Counted from the first letter of the whole stretch, positions 49,301 through 63,237 are shown. The stretch: 63,914 nt of DNA, filler included, from Phoronis australis (GCA_002633005.1; 7 parts of 7 records of this genome joined end to end with filler, not necessarily neighbours in it), one strand, 5' to 3'. Numbers and translations: made by a program. Notes: generated by a model from the letters alone, not told the origin.

Positions 49301-50567
49301 TATAGTCCGGTTACCTATTGTCGTCAGGCTCCAAAGGTCGTCCGCCATCTTGTTTCGCGTGCAGCGCAACCACGCGGGACTTAGCGTTCCAATTTGGAGT
49401 GCTCGTCTGCACGTTAGGTACTAACTTATCGGAAGAGACACGTATCAAAGTAATGAGACAAAAATCGGTGAGTTTACCGATTGTTTTTTAAAACCACTTA
49501 AAAATCAGTAGATTTTACTAATACACTTTTTTGTGCGTTTTCAGAAGATGTTTTCGAATTTAAATTTTCTTCCGACGGGACACAAAACANNNNNNNNNNN
49601 NNNNNNNNNNNNNNNNNNNNNNNNNNNNNNNNNTTAATTAATTAANNNNNNNNNNNNNNNNNNNNNNNNNNNNNNNNNNNNNNNNNNNNATTAATGGCTT
49701 AGTGAACAAATTGCACTCTGTTCACTGGCAATATGGGCTTTTTTGTATTGGGATAAGTTAGGATACATGCCAATTGCATTTTTTTTGAGTTTTGACTGCT
49801 GTCAACATTAACAGGTCAAAAAATACCACCCTTTTTTAAAGCATCGCTTCTTACAGGAACAACCACCCATAATTTGAGTTTTTTTCTGAAGACCACCACC
49901 CATGAATTTTTATTTCTACTGCTGTCCCCCCCCTCCCACACGGATTTTACTGGAACAGCCCTTACTGGAAAAGCGAGTAACTATAAAAAATTTTGCACCA
50001 CCCACTCAGTTTTCAAAAAAAAACAGAGACCAGAATAAACTATGCTTTTTGGCTTTACCAGGATACACTCAATTACAACACCACTCACAATGAACTGACA
50101 ACAAGAAATCCGACGAAAGATGCTTTTTAACCAACCTGCTGCTAAAGTTAAAAAAAAAATTACTCAGATATAGTGATTTCTGAGTTTGGGGAGAACTATT
50201 AGTTGATCATATCCATGAGTAACAATAAATCCCTTCTAAACTAAAAAAAAACTCAATGACGATGTGGCCTAAATCACGTTAGTCTTGTGACAGACCGGTT
50301 ACAGCAGGTTTAGGCAACACAGATAGCGTTGTTGGTGCTATGTACCATTTACTGAAATAATTCAACACTTTGAAATTGTCCAGATGTGAAATCAGTTTCG
50401 GTAGGAGACATTCTATCACTATTAGGCAGAATAGATACTTAATCAATAAGACACTAGCGATATGATGAGTTAAAATAGTGAGATATTTCACTACATTAGT
50501 ATTCATGTATTCCACTGTACTTATGAACAAATGTGTTTCACAGCGACAATGTTTGGATGAAACTCAC

Positions 50568-52698
50568 CTATGGTCGATGTGCTATTGCTGGGCGGAGTTT
50601 CGTTGGCTGAGGTAGGTGTGGTATCAGTCACTTTGACACCGTCGTTGGACAGGCGCGGCCTCTTGCTGGGACTCTCACAAGACTCGCTCTCATCTGCAAG
50701 TGAGATTGATTGTGCCCGACATGTTAAAGAAATCAAAAGCTAAATAGTAGGTATTCAGGAAACTTTCAACTTCACAATAGGTGGCACTTACACTGGAGGG
50801 CTCTCTCAATTGAATACAGCAATAACATTCCTTAAACCACTGCAGATCAAGGGCCTGTTTAAAACTGCGTAAAATTGATGGCAGAATTTTTTTTTTCAGA
50901 ATTTGTGACGGAAGTGATGTACAAGAAGGTCAACGATTACACGCTAATCACAGTTAACACAAGACTGCGTCGTCTCAAAATTGATCCAAAGTTACGCACC
51001 GTCCCGGTCAGTGGCTAGCCATGATGTGGTGATCTGTCCCGTCACCCAGCCATGAGGATTTGTGTGTGTGGCCAAAGCACCATCTGGTGAGCCGTTAAGG
51101 TCTCCATTGACCACTGGCATTTTGGTCTCCTCCCGCACAATTTTTCTGCCATGCGTGTCGACGGTACTGACGACGAGGACATTCTATAAGACCACAATGG
51201 TTATGAACAACATTACTACGTTTTCCGTCATCCAGTTGAGGAAGATAAGAAATTGAACCACTTGTGGAAAAGAAGTGGACATCATCATGTTGCAGCTGCC
51301 TCTCGCATATTTTGACTTGGATACTAATTTTGAAGACACGATGTTGGTGCTTTATGAGGAGTGATTATGAATTTTTTAAGATATAAACAAAACCTACGAC
51401 TGGTGGCCATATCATTAATAGACAATCTGATGTTCACTAGAGGCAGGCAGACACAACACTCGTTGTCCTCAATTCCAGTAATCGATGCAGTTTACCTTGA
51501 AACATAATAAAAAGTTACATGTACTTAGTTATCAAAATAAAATTAATAACGTTATTCCACAGAACGTCATCTACTCTAACCTGTGAATGAATGGCAGCAG
51601 ACAAATTTTTCTGAACCGTCTTTTCTGATTTGTAAATACTTTCAATGTTCACCGTGGTGATGTACATAAAATTCTATCGTGGAACCGGAAATATTTTGAC
51701 GGATCTTACAGCTTAAAAGAGCGATATTATCGACGAGGAAAATGATTTTCCGAGACCAACCTCAGCACGGAATTAAATCTATAACTCCCGCGGCTGCAGG
51801 CTGACACTACACCTGATACATTTCGGAGCAATCAAGCATGTTTAACTGGTAAAATCTCTAGCACAAGTTGGTTTCAGTGACCGTCTGGCAGACAATGGAA
51901 GAAATGACAATTTGCAATAGAAGTACAAAACACAAGAAATTTTACTGTTCTACAGCACTGGTCAAAGCTGATAACTTCAAAAAGACTCTCCCATCCTAAA
52001 AGAATCTCAAAAGCGTGTTTTTCATCCACAAAACCAACAGCGACCCTTTTAAATGATCAAGTTAAACAGAAGGTGTACAGCACTTAATCAACAGAATCTG
52101 CAACACATTACTTCTTAACAGAACCTGTATCAGACCTGTACTTATACTTGTCACGTTGGCAAACTTTCTCATGTGGGAGCAATAACAGGTTACAATCCAA
52201 CCAGAGTACCGTGGTCAGTAATCATATATCAGCCATGTTGCGCTGGAGTACGCTGTAATTTTTCGCCTATTTAGCACAGCCTATGACTGCAAGATGGAAT
52301 TTCATTTTAGTCAAATTTCTCAAAGAAAAATAAACACCAAATCTTCTCTGCAAACCTTCGTTTTGGTTCACATTTGGGGTGGAACCTTATTTTGTTTTTT
52401 TTTGTTAATACAGACAAATAAAATTCCTAACACTTCATTTACTCTAGTCCGAAGTTTGCGATTTTAACTTGTCTTGCAGGTCTTCACAAATTTAAACTCC
52501 ACCAAAAGCGCGGAATGTACTCCACCCCTTCCAATAAAAGGCTTCCATGTTTCAGGGCCGACTATGTGCTAGCCCAACAAAAAACACCGAGCATTTCAAC
52601 CCACCCGTTCGATACCCCTCAAGAACTTGTCTGTCCTCTTGTAGTGTTTCTGAGGTTCCGTCACCAGCTCACAAAGTCGTTGTATTGTAAAGGGAGCT
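50568..52698 (-). CDS. PPP4R2: Protein phosphatase 4 regulatory subunit 2, internal exons (partial gene)
   Basis: Exons 52698-52605 ([31 protein letters not shown]), 51183-51000 (NVLVVSTVD...), 50693-50568 ([15 protein letters not shown]...) are phase-consistent. [10 protein letters not shown]...DKFLRG.E.NV.VVS is the PPP4R2 signature. Mostly missed by the ORF track. Confidence 0.9.
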
Positions 52699-55037
52699 CT
52701 GAGGAGAAAATACAACATTTAAGCGCAAAAGGGTGTAAAAAAATTAGTAAGGTGAAATCTCACTCACTTGGGGACATAATATGCCGGANNNNNNNNNNNN
52801 NNNNNNNNNNNNNNNNNNNNNNNNNNNNNNNNTTAATTAATTAANNNNNNNNNNNNNNNNNNNNNNNNNNNNNNNNNNNNNNNNNNNNGATTATAGAAAC
52901 TACCACGAGGGGGCCAGCAGTAGTCGAAGTACATGTGTACAAAAATTGACGTCGACTGATTTGAACATCATAGAAACATATTTGCAAAAAATAAATGAAG
53001 CCCGTTGATGTGGTTTATGAGATACAGCTGTATACTGTACAATACGCTACGGTACTCTATATCTTTTCAATCGGCTGTTGCTTGAAAACAGCAAAAAGCC
53101 CATTTTTCTTATCTTTATATTTCTTAGTCAGACAGCAAACTGAGGAGTAATATCATTGGGAATCCCCAAGACCTCACAAACTTATCCCAAGAGTACATCA
53201 AAATGGCTAAAGATCAAATACACAGAATTGGGCAAAAATTTACCAAATTTGGGCACTCCAGTGAAGGTTTTAACGAAAAAGCAGGAAACCCTTTTGAAAG
53301 TTGAAAGATTGCCTTCTGATAGAGAAGTTCAACGTCCACATAAAGATTTATCTTTCCCGTTAAGCGGTTTTAAAGCAACTTGACTAACTGAACCTTTTTG
53401 ATCCAAAAATGGACACAATTCTTCATTTTCTAACTTGGCCTAAAATAAAACTAAACATTGTAAACATATCCCGCCAGAATGCATGTACACACAAATTTTC
53501 AAGAGTTGAGTTGGTGACCCTAGAGTCGACATTTTGATGCAGTTTAGGAATGACAATTAATAGTTAGCGAGTGAGCTTGTGGCACATGTCAAATGCAACA
53601 TGTTAGCTCAAGTGTACCATTTTCAAATCAGCAATTTTAACGTTTTTTAAGTCGTTGTTGGTTTCGATGTTCTTGCCGGCAACTCAAATGGAATCGTGTT
53701 TAGAATAAGAAATATCATAACGCCGATTTTTTGACAGAATGCCTATTTCGATTTTCGCCAGCTAAACGATGCAAACTATTTTGTTAACATCAATGGATTG
53801 AGTATGTGGCCGATGAATTCAAAAAAGACCACTGCGATTTTGCATCTTACGGTTACAGTGTATGTCGTCCACGAATAAAGTATTAACGTTCTTACTACCA
53901 TACCTAACTTGTATTCTATATCGTGAAACGAAGATGAAATTTATTAGGCACCAAATTTTGATATGGGTTTTTATACGGTTGGGTATAAAACACCAGTTTC
54001 GTGTGTGTACTGGAGTAAACACATCTTTGTTTCTCTACAAGGGAGTGCTGGCCTAATCTGTGAGTTCTCATATTCATGACAGCGTTTTCCAGTTCAGTGA
54101 GTTTAACAGACGTAGGGGCTTCTGAGCGTGTGATAAAATCTAGCTTCTCTGTTAACTGCCAAGCATAGTCTTTGTCTGTTATGACAACAGGCAGGCCAAT
54201 TATCTACCAGGCTTATTACAGACCTCGTGTGAACACAGTCAAACACAGAGTGAATTGGTGTATTCGGAAAGAATAAATTGTCGTAACTTCGGTTGCAGTT
54301 CGGCGGTTTTGGAGACTCAAAAACTGAACATGATCACCATTTGACGAAGATTTCAAACATGCTGTTTTTTTGTTCAAATATGTTATAACTTAACTTTTAT
54401 TTTTAACAGCACAGCCCAGTCAGGCTAGATACGATCTTTAGCAATTATCGAATAAAAGAGAGCTGGCCCTCCAACCATGAATGCCAGAATGGAGTTAATC
54501 AGTCGCGTAAGATTTTGGCTACATGGGTAAACTACCCAACTTGTTGTTGGGCTGTAGAATCGCCAAGTTGGGAGCAACAGGAAAACGCAGTAATGAATAA
54601 ATCAGTTGCACTCACTGGCCGCTGACACCAACAGAAATGCTGTCGTTTCACGCATCACGAAGCCGGAATAACAGGTTTCGCAGTATCCTGGTCACGACTC
54701 CTTTTGACTATCACTGGAAACTGGAGTGGTTCAAATGACGCACGTTTTGCAGTGTCCTATATGAAAAGGGTGAAAAGGTCAACCGTTGCGGGTGAAATAG
54801 CTTTTCATAAAATTGTCGTAATGTGAATAACAAGACGACGTTCGGTAAATAATGCGAGCGAGTAATTGGGTATGAGAGTGTTTCTTCGTGAGTCTACTAA
54901 ATATAAATATAAACATTAATATACATGAGAACTATCTGATAATGTTGGTAAATGAGTTAAATTAGCCCTAACCCCAACCCCACCCAACCGCAACCCCAAC
55001 CCCAACCCTAACCAACCCTGCCAACCCCAATCAACCA

Positions 55038-55871
55038 AGCAAAATTCAGTTTTACTACTTTGCTGCCAGCTAACAGATAGAAAACATGGTGCAATTCAAC
55101 TGATACTGCAATGTGACATTTAACTTTGCTATTCAGAAAACAAAAAGGAGTTTCCAACATAAACCATGTTTAAAAGAAGGGAAGAATTCCAGTTCTAAAA
55201 GAGTCCAATGATGATGTCAGAAAATGATGGTGGGAAAAGCGACGTGCGAAGTGCTAACATGGACAAAAAGAAACCCATTCTAACTAAGAACAGAACCTGG
55301 ATTGAAAAAACAATGTGCAACAAAATAGTCATTCAAGCACTTAGCTCCAACAATGCTGTTACCGAGGAACAATCCGCTATCCTTTCGGAGAACACTTATT
55401 TTTATAAAAGTTCATAATCCTGTAAAGACGGTGACCATGTTGATGTTAATTTAAACGAAGTTTTGGCATCGCACCCAATGCCTCAAGTGATTCAGTCTAA
55501 CCGAGTCGAACTTGAAAACTCTATCACTTTGGAGGAAATTCATGCAACTCTGAAAAATTTAAAAAAACAAAAGTCCTGGCACAGATGCCTTTACTGTATA
55601 TTTCTTTTTTTGCGCAGACCTTAAATATTATTTTTTCCGATCTTTTGAAGAAGGTATCAATAAAGGAGAATTATCTACAACGCAAAAACAGGGTGTTATC
55701 TCAATATTACCAAAAGAAAATAAACCAAGAGAATTCTTAAAAATGTGGCGCCCAATTTCATTATTGAATATTACAAAATTTTGTCTGGTTGTAATGCAAG
55801 ACGCCTAAAAGCGTCATCGGATCCTTTACAGTGTATTCATGAGAACCAACAAGGTTTCATGAAAGGAAGAT
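55038..55871 (+). mobile_element. Near-identical second copy of the 5' part of the LINE fragment (probable allelic/assembly duplicate)
   Basis: Matches 56019-56852 at offset 981; ends exactly at a single N (55872). Confidence 0.8.
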
Positions 55872-56018
55872 NCCCCAAACCGCAAACAACAAACCCCAAA
55901 CCCAACCCCCAACCCTCACCCTAACCGTTCTAATCCCTGCATGGTAGTTTAAAAATTAAAAACTTTGCCATGGCAAGGAATATTATGTGACCGATTTGGT
56001 GGCCATGGAAGGCTAAAC

Positions 56019-57300
56019 AGCAAAATTCAGTTTTACTACTTTGCTGCCAGCTAACAAATAGAAAACATGGTGCAATCCAACTGATACTGCAATGTGACAT
56101 TTAACTTTGCTATTCAGAAAACAAAAAGGAGTTTCCAACATAAACCATGTTTAAAAAAGGGAAGAATTTCAGTTCTAAAAGAGTCCAATGATGATGTCAG
56201 AAAATGATGGTGGGAAAAGCGACGTGCGAAGTGCTAACATGGACAAAAAGAAACCCATTCTAACTAAGAACAGAGCCTGGATTGAAAAAACAATGTGCAA
56301 CAAAATAGTCATTCAAGCACTTAGCTCCAACAATGCTGTTACCGAGGAACAATCCGCTATCCTTTCGGAGAACACTTATTTTTATTAAAGTTCATAATCC
56401 TGTAAAGACGGTGTCCATGTTGATGTTAATTGAAACGAACTTTTGGCATCGCGCCCAATGCCTCAAGTGATTCAGTCTAACCGAGTCGAACTTGAAAACT
56501 CTATCACTTTGGAGGAAATTCATGCAACTCTGAAAAATTTAAAAAAACAAAAGTCCTGGCACAGATGCCTTTACTGTATATTTCTTTTTTTTGCGCAGAC
56601 CTTAAATATTATTTGTTCCGATCTTTTGAAGAAGGTATCAATAAAGGAGAATTATCTACAACGCAAAAACAGGGTGTTATCTCAATATTACCAAAAGAAA
56701 ATAAACCAAGAGAATTCATAAAAAAGTGGCGCCCAATTTCATTATTGAATATTACAAAATTTTGTCTGGTTGTATTGCAAGACGCCTAAAAGCGTCATCG
56801 GATCCTTTACAGTGTATTCATGAGAACCAACAAGGTTTCATGAAAGGAAGATATATTGGGGAAAGCATAAGAATTTTATATGATGCAATTCAATTTTTAA
56901 ATTGTAAACCCCTTCCCGAACTCCTCTTAATGATCGATTTTGAAAAAGCTTTTGATTCGGTTTCCTGGTCATTCATGCTCAAGGCATTATGTCATACTTT
57001 ACCTTTGGCACAAGGTTCATTGACACGGTCAAAACTCTTTACAACAATTCTCGTCTTTGTGTTCACCAACATGGATTTTTCTGTGGGTTTTTTGAAATGG
57101 GGAGAAGCTGTCGTCAAGGAGACCTCATCTAACCTTACCTATTTGTATGATGAGTAGAAATATTGGGTAATTTAATTCGACGGTATGGTGTTATCACTGG
57201 GGTCAGGATAGGTGTTTCTGAGGTTAAACTGATCCAGTACACCGACGACACTTGTTGAATTTTGGACGGTTCTGAGCTATCTCTTAGATCACCATTAAAT
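56019..57300 (+). mobile_element. Decayed non-LTR retrotransposon (L1/Tx1-type) ORF2 reverse transcriptase fragment
   Basis: Frameshifted RT motifs QGVISILPK..KWRPISLLN, IHENQQGFMKGRYIGESIR, LLMIDFEKAFDSVSW, CRQGD, QYTDDT, with stops and frameshifts. Confidence 0.9.
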
Positions 57301-58286
57301 TTAAAGGAGAATGCCACCCGATTTAATTAGCCTTTCTAACCGTCTTAATCGGTCGACCTCACCTTGCAGAGAGGTGTCGAGTTAACCTGTGAGGAAGGTG
57401 ACAAACGACGCAGCGACGTCAGTGGTTCGTCTTCAGAGTGAATGCCGCTATATTGCGGTGCATCGTTACCGCTTGTTCCGCGAACTATAAAGCTGCGAAT
57501 AAAGCGGNNNNNNNNNNNNNNNNNNNNNNNNNNNNNNNNNNNNNNNNNNNNTTAATTAATTAANNNNNNNNNNNNNNNNNNNNNNNNNNNNNNNNNNNNN
57601 NNNNNNNGTAGTGGAAAAACATTTATTTTTCATGCAAGATGTCCAGATTATCCTATTTATATCACTTGTAATATCGCACTGCGGCACTGTTCGGTCCCGC
57701 TGTTATTGCGCAATGTCTCAGTCGGCTGACAATTGTGACTTGGAAATGCCGTCAAGTAATATAACGGCCTCTTTCAATATGCATCTCGTTTTTTATGGCC
57801 AAAGATAGTGGCGGTATTCAGCACGCACGTAGGGCCTACGTGTGAGTCACCTGTCAATCACATGTTGGTGTCAAGGTAACATGTACTCCAAAGTGTGGGA
57901 ACTTGCGCACGTGCACCACTACAAATCAGTCACACATAGCGACAGCCCGACGAAGTAACAAAAACGGGCGTGACTATGTACTTTTAAGCTGTTGTTACGA
58001 AAGACCCAGTTCTTTACGATATTCCTCCGTTGCCAATGTTACCCAAAACTGAGATGTCAAGTCTATTCCCATATTTCCCGGCTCGATGCTCCCTATGCCC
58101 ATGCGTGAATCTCCCCACTATCGTCAAGCTGTCTACGTCGTAGATATTTCAGACTCGAATGGTAAGAATTTTTGTTCAGGCTGAAAATGGCCAATGTATG
58201 AACAAAATTATTCTGGTTGGCTAAAAAGGGGATGTGGAAACGATAATTCACACAATCACGCTTACGTGGGGGCTGACGCAAGAAAT

Positions 58287-58600
58287 AGTAAAGAACAGCC
58301 AGCGACATTAGTTAAATCTGCTAACCAGTTTGACTGAGATGCAATAAGCGAAAAACAAAATTTGATTAGCCGTTTTTTATTACTTGAAGATCATACACAA
58401 ACATACATTATTGCCAACGTTTGAATTCAGAAATCGACAGGCAGTAAAGAACAGCCAGCGACATTAGTTAAATCTGCTAACCAGTTTGACTGAGATGCAA
58501 TAAGCGAAAAACAAAATTTTACTAGCCGTTTTTTATTACTTCAAGATCATACACAAACATACATTATTGCCAACGTTTGAATTCAGAAATCTACAGGCAG
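58287..58600. repeat. 156-bp tandem duplication
   Basis: agtaaagaacagccagcgacattag at 58287 and 58443. Confidence 0.9.
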
Positions 58601-58926
58601 CAACGAAATCGGTAACCCAGTAAGGCACTTGTAATGTCCCTTCGGTCGCCCCACATCCTCTATAACCCGGCAGTTATACTCATCAAAATATTGAGAATTT
58701 GACATCTTTCCGTGAGTTGTGAGATTTGTTCAAAATACGAGAGTTTCCCACCTTAATAGAATTTGGAGGGTTGGCAAAACCATTGTCACATTTCTCTGGC
58801 CTGATTTTTTCGAATATATGTTTTATCTAGTGCACTGTAGACGGAAACTTAGCGCGGCAGACAAAGTCGCTGAAAGCGGAGGTTTTGACGCCGGCGGCGT
58901 TCTTAAACTTTGCAAACAAGGGAAGA

Positions 58927-59155
58927 AAATAAAATGACAAAAAGGTTCAAGTATTATGTTTTGATGTGAGTTCATGACCCAAGACAATAACTCGTTACCT
59001 GTATTGTAATTCAGATTGCTAAACCACCGCCTCGGAGTCCCAAATAAAATGACAAAAAGGTTCAAGTATTATATTTTGAAGTGAGTTCATGACCCAAGAC
59101 AATAACTCGTTACCTGTACTGTAATTCAGTTTGCTAAACCACCGTCTCGGAGTCC
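58927..59155. repeat. 115-bp tandem duplication
   Basis: aaataaaatgacaaaaaggttcaag at 58927 and 59042. Confidence 0.9.
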
Positions 59156-59249
59156 TGGCGTCGTTGCACTCATTGTGATCATCGATCTTTTTCTAAAAGT
59201 CGGGGAATCGCGCGTTTCCTTAGCACAAGGCACTAAATCTTCATTCTTT

Positions 59250-59414
59250 AAAAGTCGGGGATGGGCGCTTAACCGAGAGGTGGGCGCTTAACTGGAAATC
59301 TTCAAAAATCGCAGGGGGGCGCTTAACCGAGCAGTGGGCGGTTAAATCGAAAATCCACTTAAAGTTGGGGATGGGCGGTTAACTGAGCATGGGCGTTAAC
59401 CCGAACGATTACGG
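59250..59414 (-). mobile_element. Partial inverted copy of the 34476-34688 MITE family
   Basis: Reverse complement aligns with ~34476-34637, including one TIR. Confidence 0.8.
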
Positions 59415-61793
59415 AATTTTATAAGAGTACAATGGCCTAACAGAATTTTCGTTTTTAGCCAACTAAACAGGGCAAAATGTAGCTTTAATAGTTCGTGATA
59501 TGTCAAATATAAGCCAATGTCTATCACTTCATAATTTAGAAATCGAGTCTCACTTACAAAACATTTTCAAAACTTGCTTCTCTTTTTATCAAAGTACTTT
59601 TTCACATGATTAACAAATAGCTTCTTGTACAGGTGCAAGGGTGTAACTGCATCATTGCTTGAGCTTGTTTCCCTAAAAACAGCTCAACTGCAGGCAGAAT
59701 TAACACACAAAACAATTAATTGTAAGGTTTGTTACAACCACAGCGTACCAAATTATTGATCTAACAATTCTGCAGACTTCCTTGAAACAAATTTCCAAGA
59801 ATCAAAATTTTCAGTACAGCAGTCTGTGCCAACAATAAATTTCATCTTGAGCTAGATTGAATCAATACGACTTTTTAGTTGACAAATAACAGGTAAAATG
59901 CTACGTATAAGCCAGAAATTAAAGGTCCATTGTGTATTAAAAACAAGATTTCGCGCTATGCATTAGCATAAACTAATTTAGAATATTTAGGACTCTACAA
60001 AAATGTCTAAATTTGGCAAACTTCTCAGTTAATGGCTGATTGGATAAATATCCAACTTTCAGATACCATGTTTTATCAACAGTTTTCCAAAACTCTTCAG
60101 AAATTGTATTTAACATGTTTCACTTTTGCATCATTTTTATGAAAATAAAAAGTCTCATCAAACAAAATGATAATTTAGAAGAGCATAACATCCAATTTTT
60201 ATCTTGAACATATGTATCAAAAGAAATTTAATGGACGTATAATTGACAAAGTTGTTTTGTTACGAGTATGCTAATCTTCTTTGCTAAATTTTACAACAAA
60301 GATAAGGCCGCATGACTCAATTCATTTTAGACTGGTGTAATGCCAAACATGAAATGTCTACAAGCTTTCTTCTTTCTGAAAATATATACTTTTAATGAGT
60401 TAAAATCTACAGTTTTGTAGATATGTGGCTATATACACATACCTTTAAGTCAATATTTATTAAGGAAATACAACAAACCTTAACTGAAAAATATAAACAA
60501 AAACATTTGACTGAAGACAAGCTACAAGCGACATCCACCTGTACTTATTATGAAACATCCTGGAAACTTCCCATGTAATACAATCATATGCAAATAACAT
60601 CAATAAAATCTATTTCACAACATTCTTGTGTTGTACAATTCCTGAACTTGCCCAATTTAATACTGTATTTGCTTAGTTCCATGCATATACCAGGCTCACA
60701 ATGAGTGGCGAAGATGCAAGCAGTTTCACCTGCTAAAACACTAGCGAAAACACTCGGCCATTTAGCCAGACAGACAGGTGGTCTGCGCGTATTGTGCTGG
60801 GGTGCCATTTTACACGGCAAGAGAAAGAGAAAATGACGTGAAATTTTCCATGTGGATTCTCTGAGGTATACCCTTTCAAATGTTTTGTAACAATTTTTTC
60901 TCAAACTTACTGTTTTCGAGTCATTAGACTCTGAATTTCAAACAAGAGCAACGCGGAGCGTTGAAATGCGCCCACAATTGCACCGCATACGGTATCCTTC
61001 TAGGGTTGTTTATTGGTACCATAAAGTGGCCAGTAGAGGGCATACTTTGCAAAATGGAAAGGCATGGTCATTGTCTCCTCAATAGGCTAGGGGCAAAATG
61101 TGAGTAATCTTCATAATACAAGGACATCCTATACACCAGTTGCTTAAAGCACCACAGAAACATAGAATTAAAAACAAATTTACCAACATACGAGATTANN
61201 NNNNNNNNNNNNNNNNNNNNNNNNNNNNNNNNNNNNNNNNNNTTAATTAATTAANNNNNNNNNNNNNNNNNNNNNNNNNNNNNNNNNNNNNNNNNNNNTG
61301 GCATGGAACCTGAAATAGATGCATTCAAAAAGCCCTGAAGTTGTAACTGAACCAAGATAGTAATTTTATTATTTTTTATTTTCAATACTTGATTCAAATT
61401 ATCTTTTTGCAGTTAATTTTCTAGTATTTTTAGTCTTTTGATCATCTTCGAAACTCCATTATTTGAATTTTTTCTATCTTGTTTGAGCAGAAATTTATCT
61501 TGTACAGTGCATACAAATGCAAGTAATGTTGAAATTTTATGATGAATAACTCTGTATCAAACTAACTAATCTATCAGTTGCTCTAACGCTAACAAAAAAA
61601 CCGAGAAAAGTTTTGATTATGCCAAGTTAGTGTTCTTAATTTCACACGATAGGCTTTTTGAGTTAACAGATTGCACCTGGATTCAAGCGGCCTAGCCAAA
61701 CAGACACTTTTTCTGTTTTGAAGTTGACAAATCTGACCCAATTTAGTTATCGCCATATGGGACTTTATGTAAGGTTATCACCCTTCAACTTAC

Positions 61794-63237
61794 TTGAGAA
61801 GTTCCGGTTGTTCTGCCAGCTCCAGGATATCTAAGCACCTGTTCTCTTCGGGGATGTGGAGTGCCAACATGGGTACTGGAAATAAATACTTGAATTCAAA
61901 TCACTTCTGCTAAGTCGACCGTTGCAGCCAGCCCTAGTAAATCCCAGAGTGAAACTACTGATATTCTAGCCTCAGAAAGTGACTGAAAGTGTTCTACTGA
62001 CTGGAAGAATTATCGAAACCTTGACAGTGTGGGTTACACAGGCGGGAAGGTCCTTGACGCAGCGCTCATTTTTTCGAGCACAGAAAATGGCAGGCAAATT
62101 TGCAAAAGACGACTTTTGAATATTACGAAAAGGATGGTAAGATATTTTATACATTAAGCGATAAGAGGAAACAATATTCTTTAGATGAAAATTAAAAGAA
62201 ACACAGTTGCTAAAATAACAAAAAAAATTGCAAGGAAAGCAAAGTATGATTTCTAGCTTGCATTGAAGTTGACTTAGTATGCAAACATTCCATCAATGCT
62301 ATTGCTTGAAAGGTCTCACTTATTCCACTGGCATTGGTAAATATGATAATGCCAGTTATTTTACACAAACGTTATTTGATTTTTTCTTATCTTTCTTTTT
62401 TCCAAAGAACGGCTATTTTGCAAAGGATAATCAATTTTACTAGTTTTGATTAATGACACTTAAACAATGCAAACCTGTTTATATTTTAGTTTTTACTTAT
62501 TAATAATAGTTCACATTTTTGTTAATGAATTTGACAAACTTAATACATTTTCTATTTGTGTGTAACAATGAGAGGCAAAGAGGTGAAGAATTACCATACA
62601 ATCAAGCACGTCTGCTTATTCGAGTGCAAGTCTGCTTATTCCGAGATTACACGTCTGCTTATTCGAGTACAAGTCTGCTTATTCTGAGATTACATGTTTG
62701 CTTATTTGGGATTACTCACTCCAGTGCGCACAGCTTTCTCAGAGTGAGACCAGTACTTTTTTAAGTCATCCTGTCATCCTGTTTGGTTGGGGACAAGCTG
62801 TCCCCGACTTCTAGACAGACCACATGCTATGTCAACTCCCTTATCACCTTTTTACTGGATTTCTGTTCACCACCTAATTCCAGACTCACTCACAAAGAGA
62901 CTGCAATCACGGGACTAAAAATTGACCTCAACAAAATCTGATGCCTGCACATCCCCAGTACAAATTCCTGACACATCTGCACTGCTGTGAAGGAAACCAA
63001 TTTCCCACAATCCACTGCACAAACAATGTTTCCCTATATCTAAGGAATACCTGCTGTTTCACTGAGCATACTCCATCCCCTGATGTCAGACATCTTCAAC
63101 ACATGACATCTCGCCGATTCATTAGGAACCCTCATCCATCTGTGAGGGCGCAGTGCCTGTATGTCCAGTCGTGACGGACAGTGGCTTTGGGTGGTCTTGG
63201 GGCCCCGGAACATGCATGATGTAATGGGCAATGTCGA
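61794..63237 (-). CDS. RyR: Ryanodine receptor, two internal exons (region C-terminal to SPRY3)
   Basis: Exons 63237-63051 (STLPITSC...[20 protein letters not shown]...[16 protein letters not shown]) and 61875-61794 ([20 protein letters not shown]) join in phase 1; [16 protein letters not shown] is a conserved RyR block. Confidence 0.9.
62605..62715. repeat. Degenerate short tandem repeat
   Basis: gtctgcttattc recurs about 5 times. Confidence 0.8.

Noticed and set aside
49315-49350. AAGATGGCG (YY1-like) start with donor as MAD2L1BP first exon (MADDLWSLTTI)
   Set aside because: Phase is incompatible with the 48436 acceptor, and the expected N-terminal p31comet motif (QRQQ.P) is not visible
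47756-52698. PPP4R2-MAD2L1BP read-through or fusion gene
   Set aside because: Separated by an artificial spacer, and the phases do not match (donor phase 1 versus acceptor phase 0)
54964-55036. True telomere or interstitial telomeric array
   Set aside because: Only isolated perfect CCCTAA units within a short degenerate tract
59550-60904. Possible minus-strand exons and 106-aa ORF as a continuation of RyR
   Set aside because: No RyR similarity, the joined frame hits stops, and it lies across a spacer
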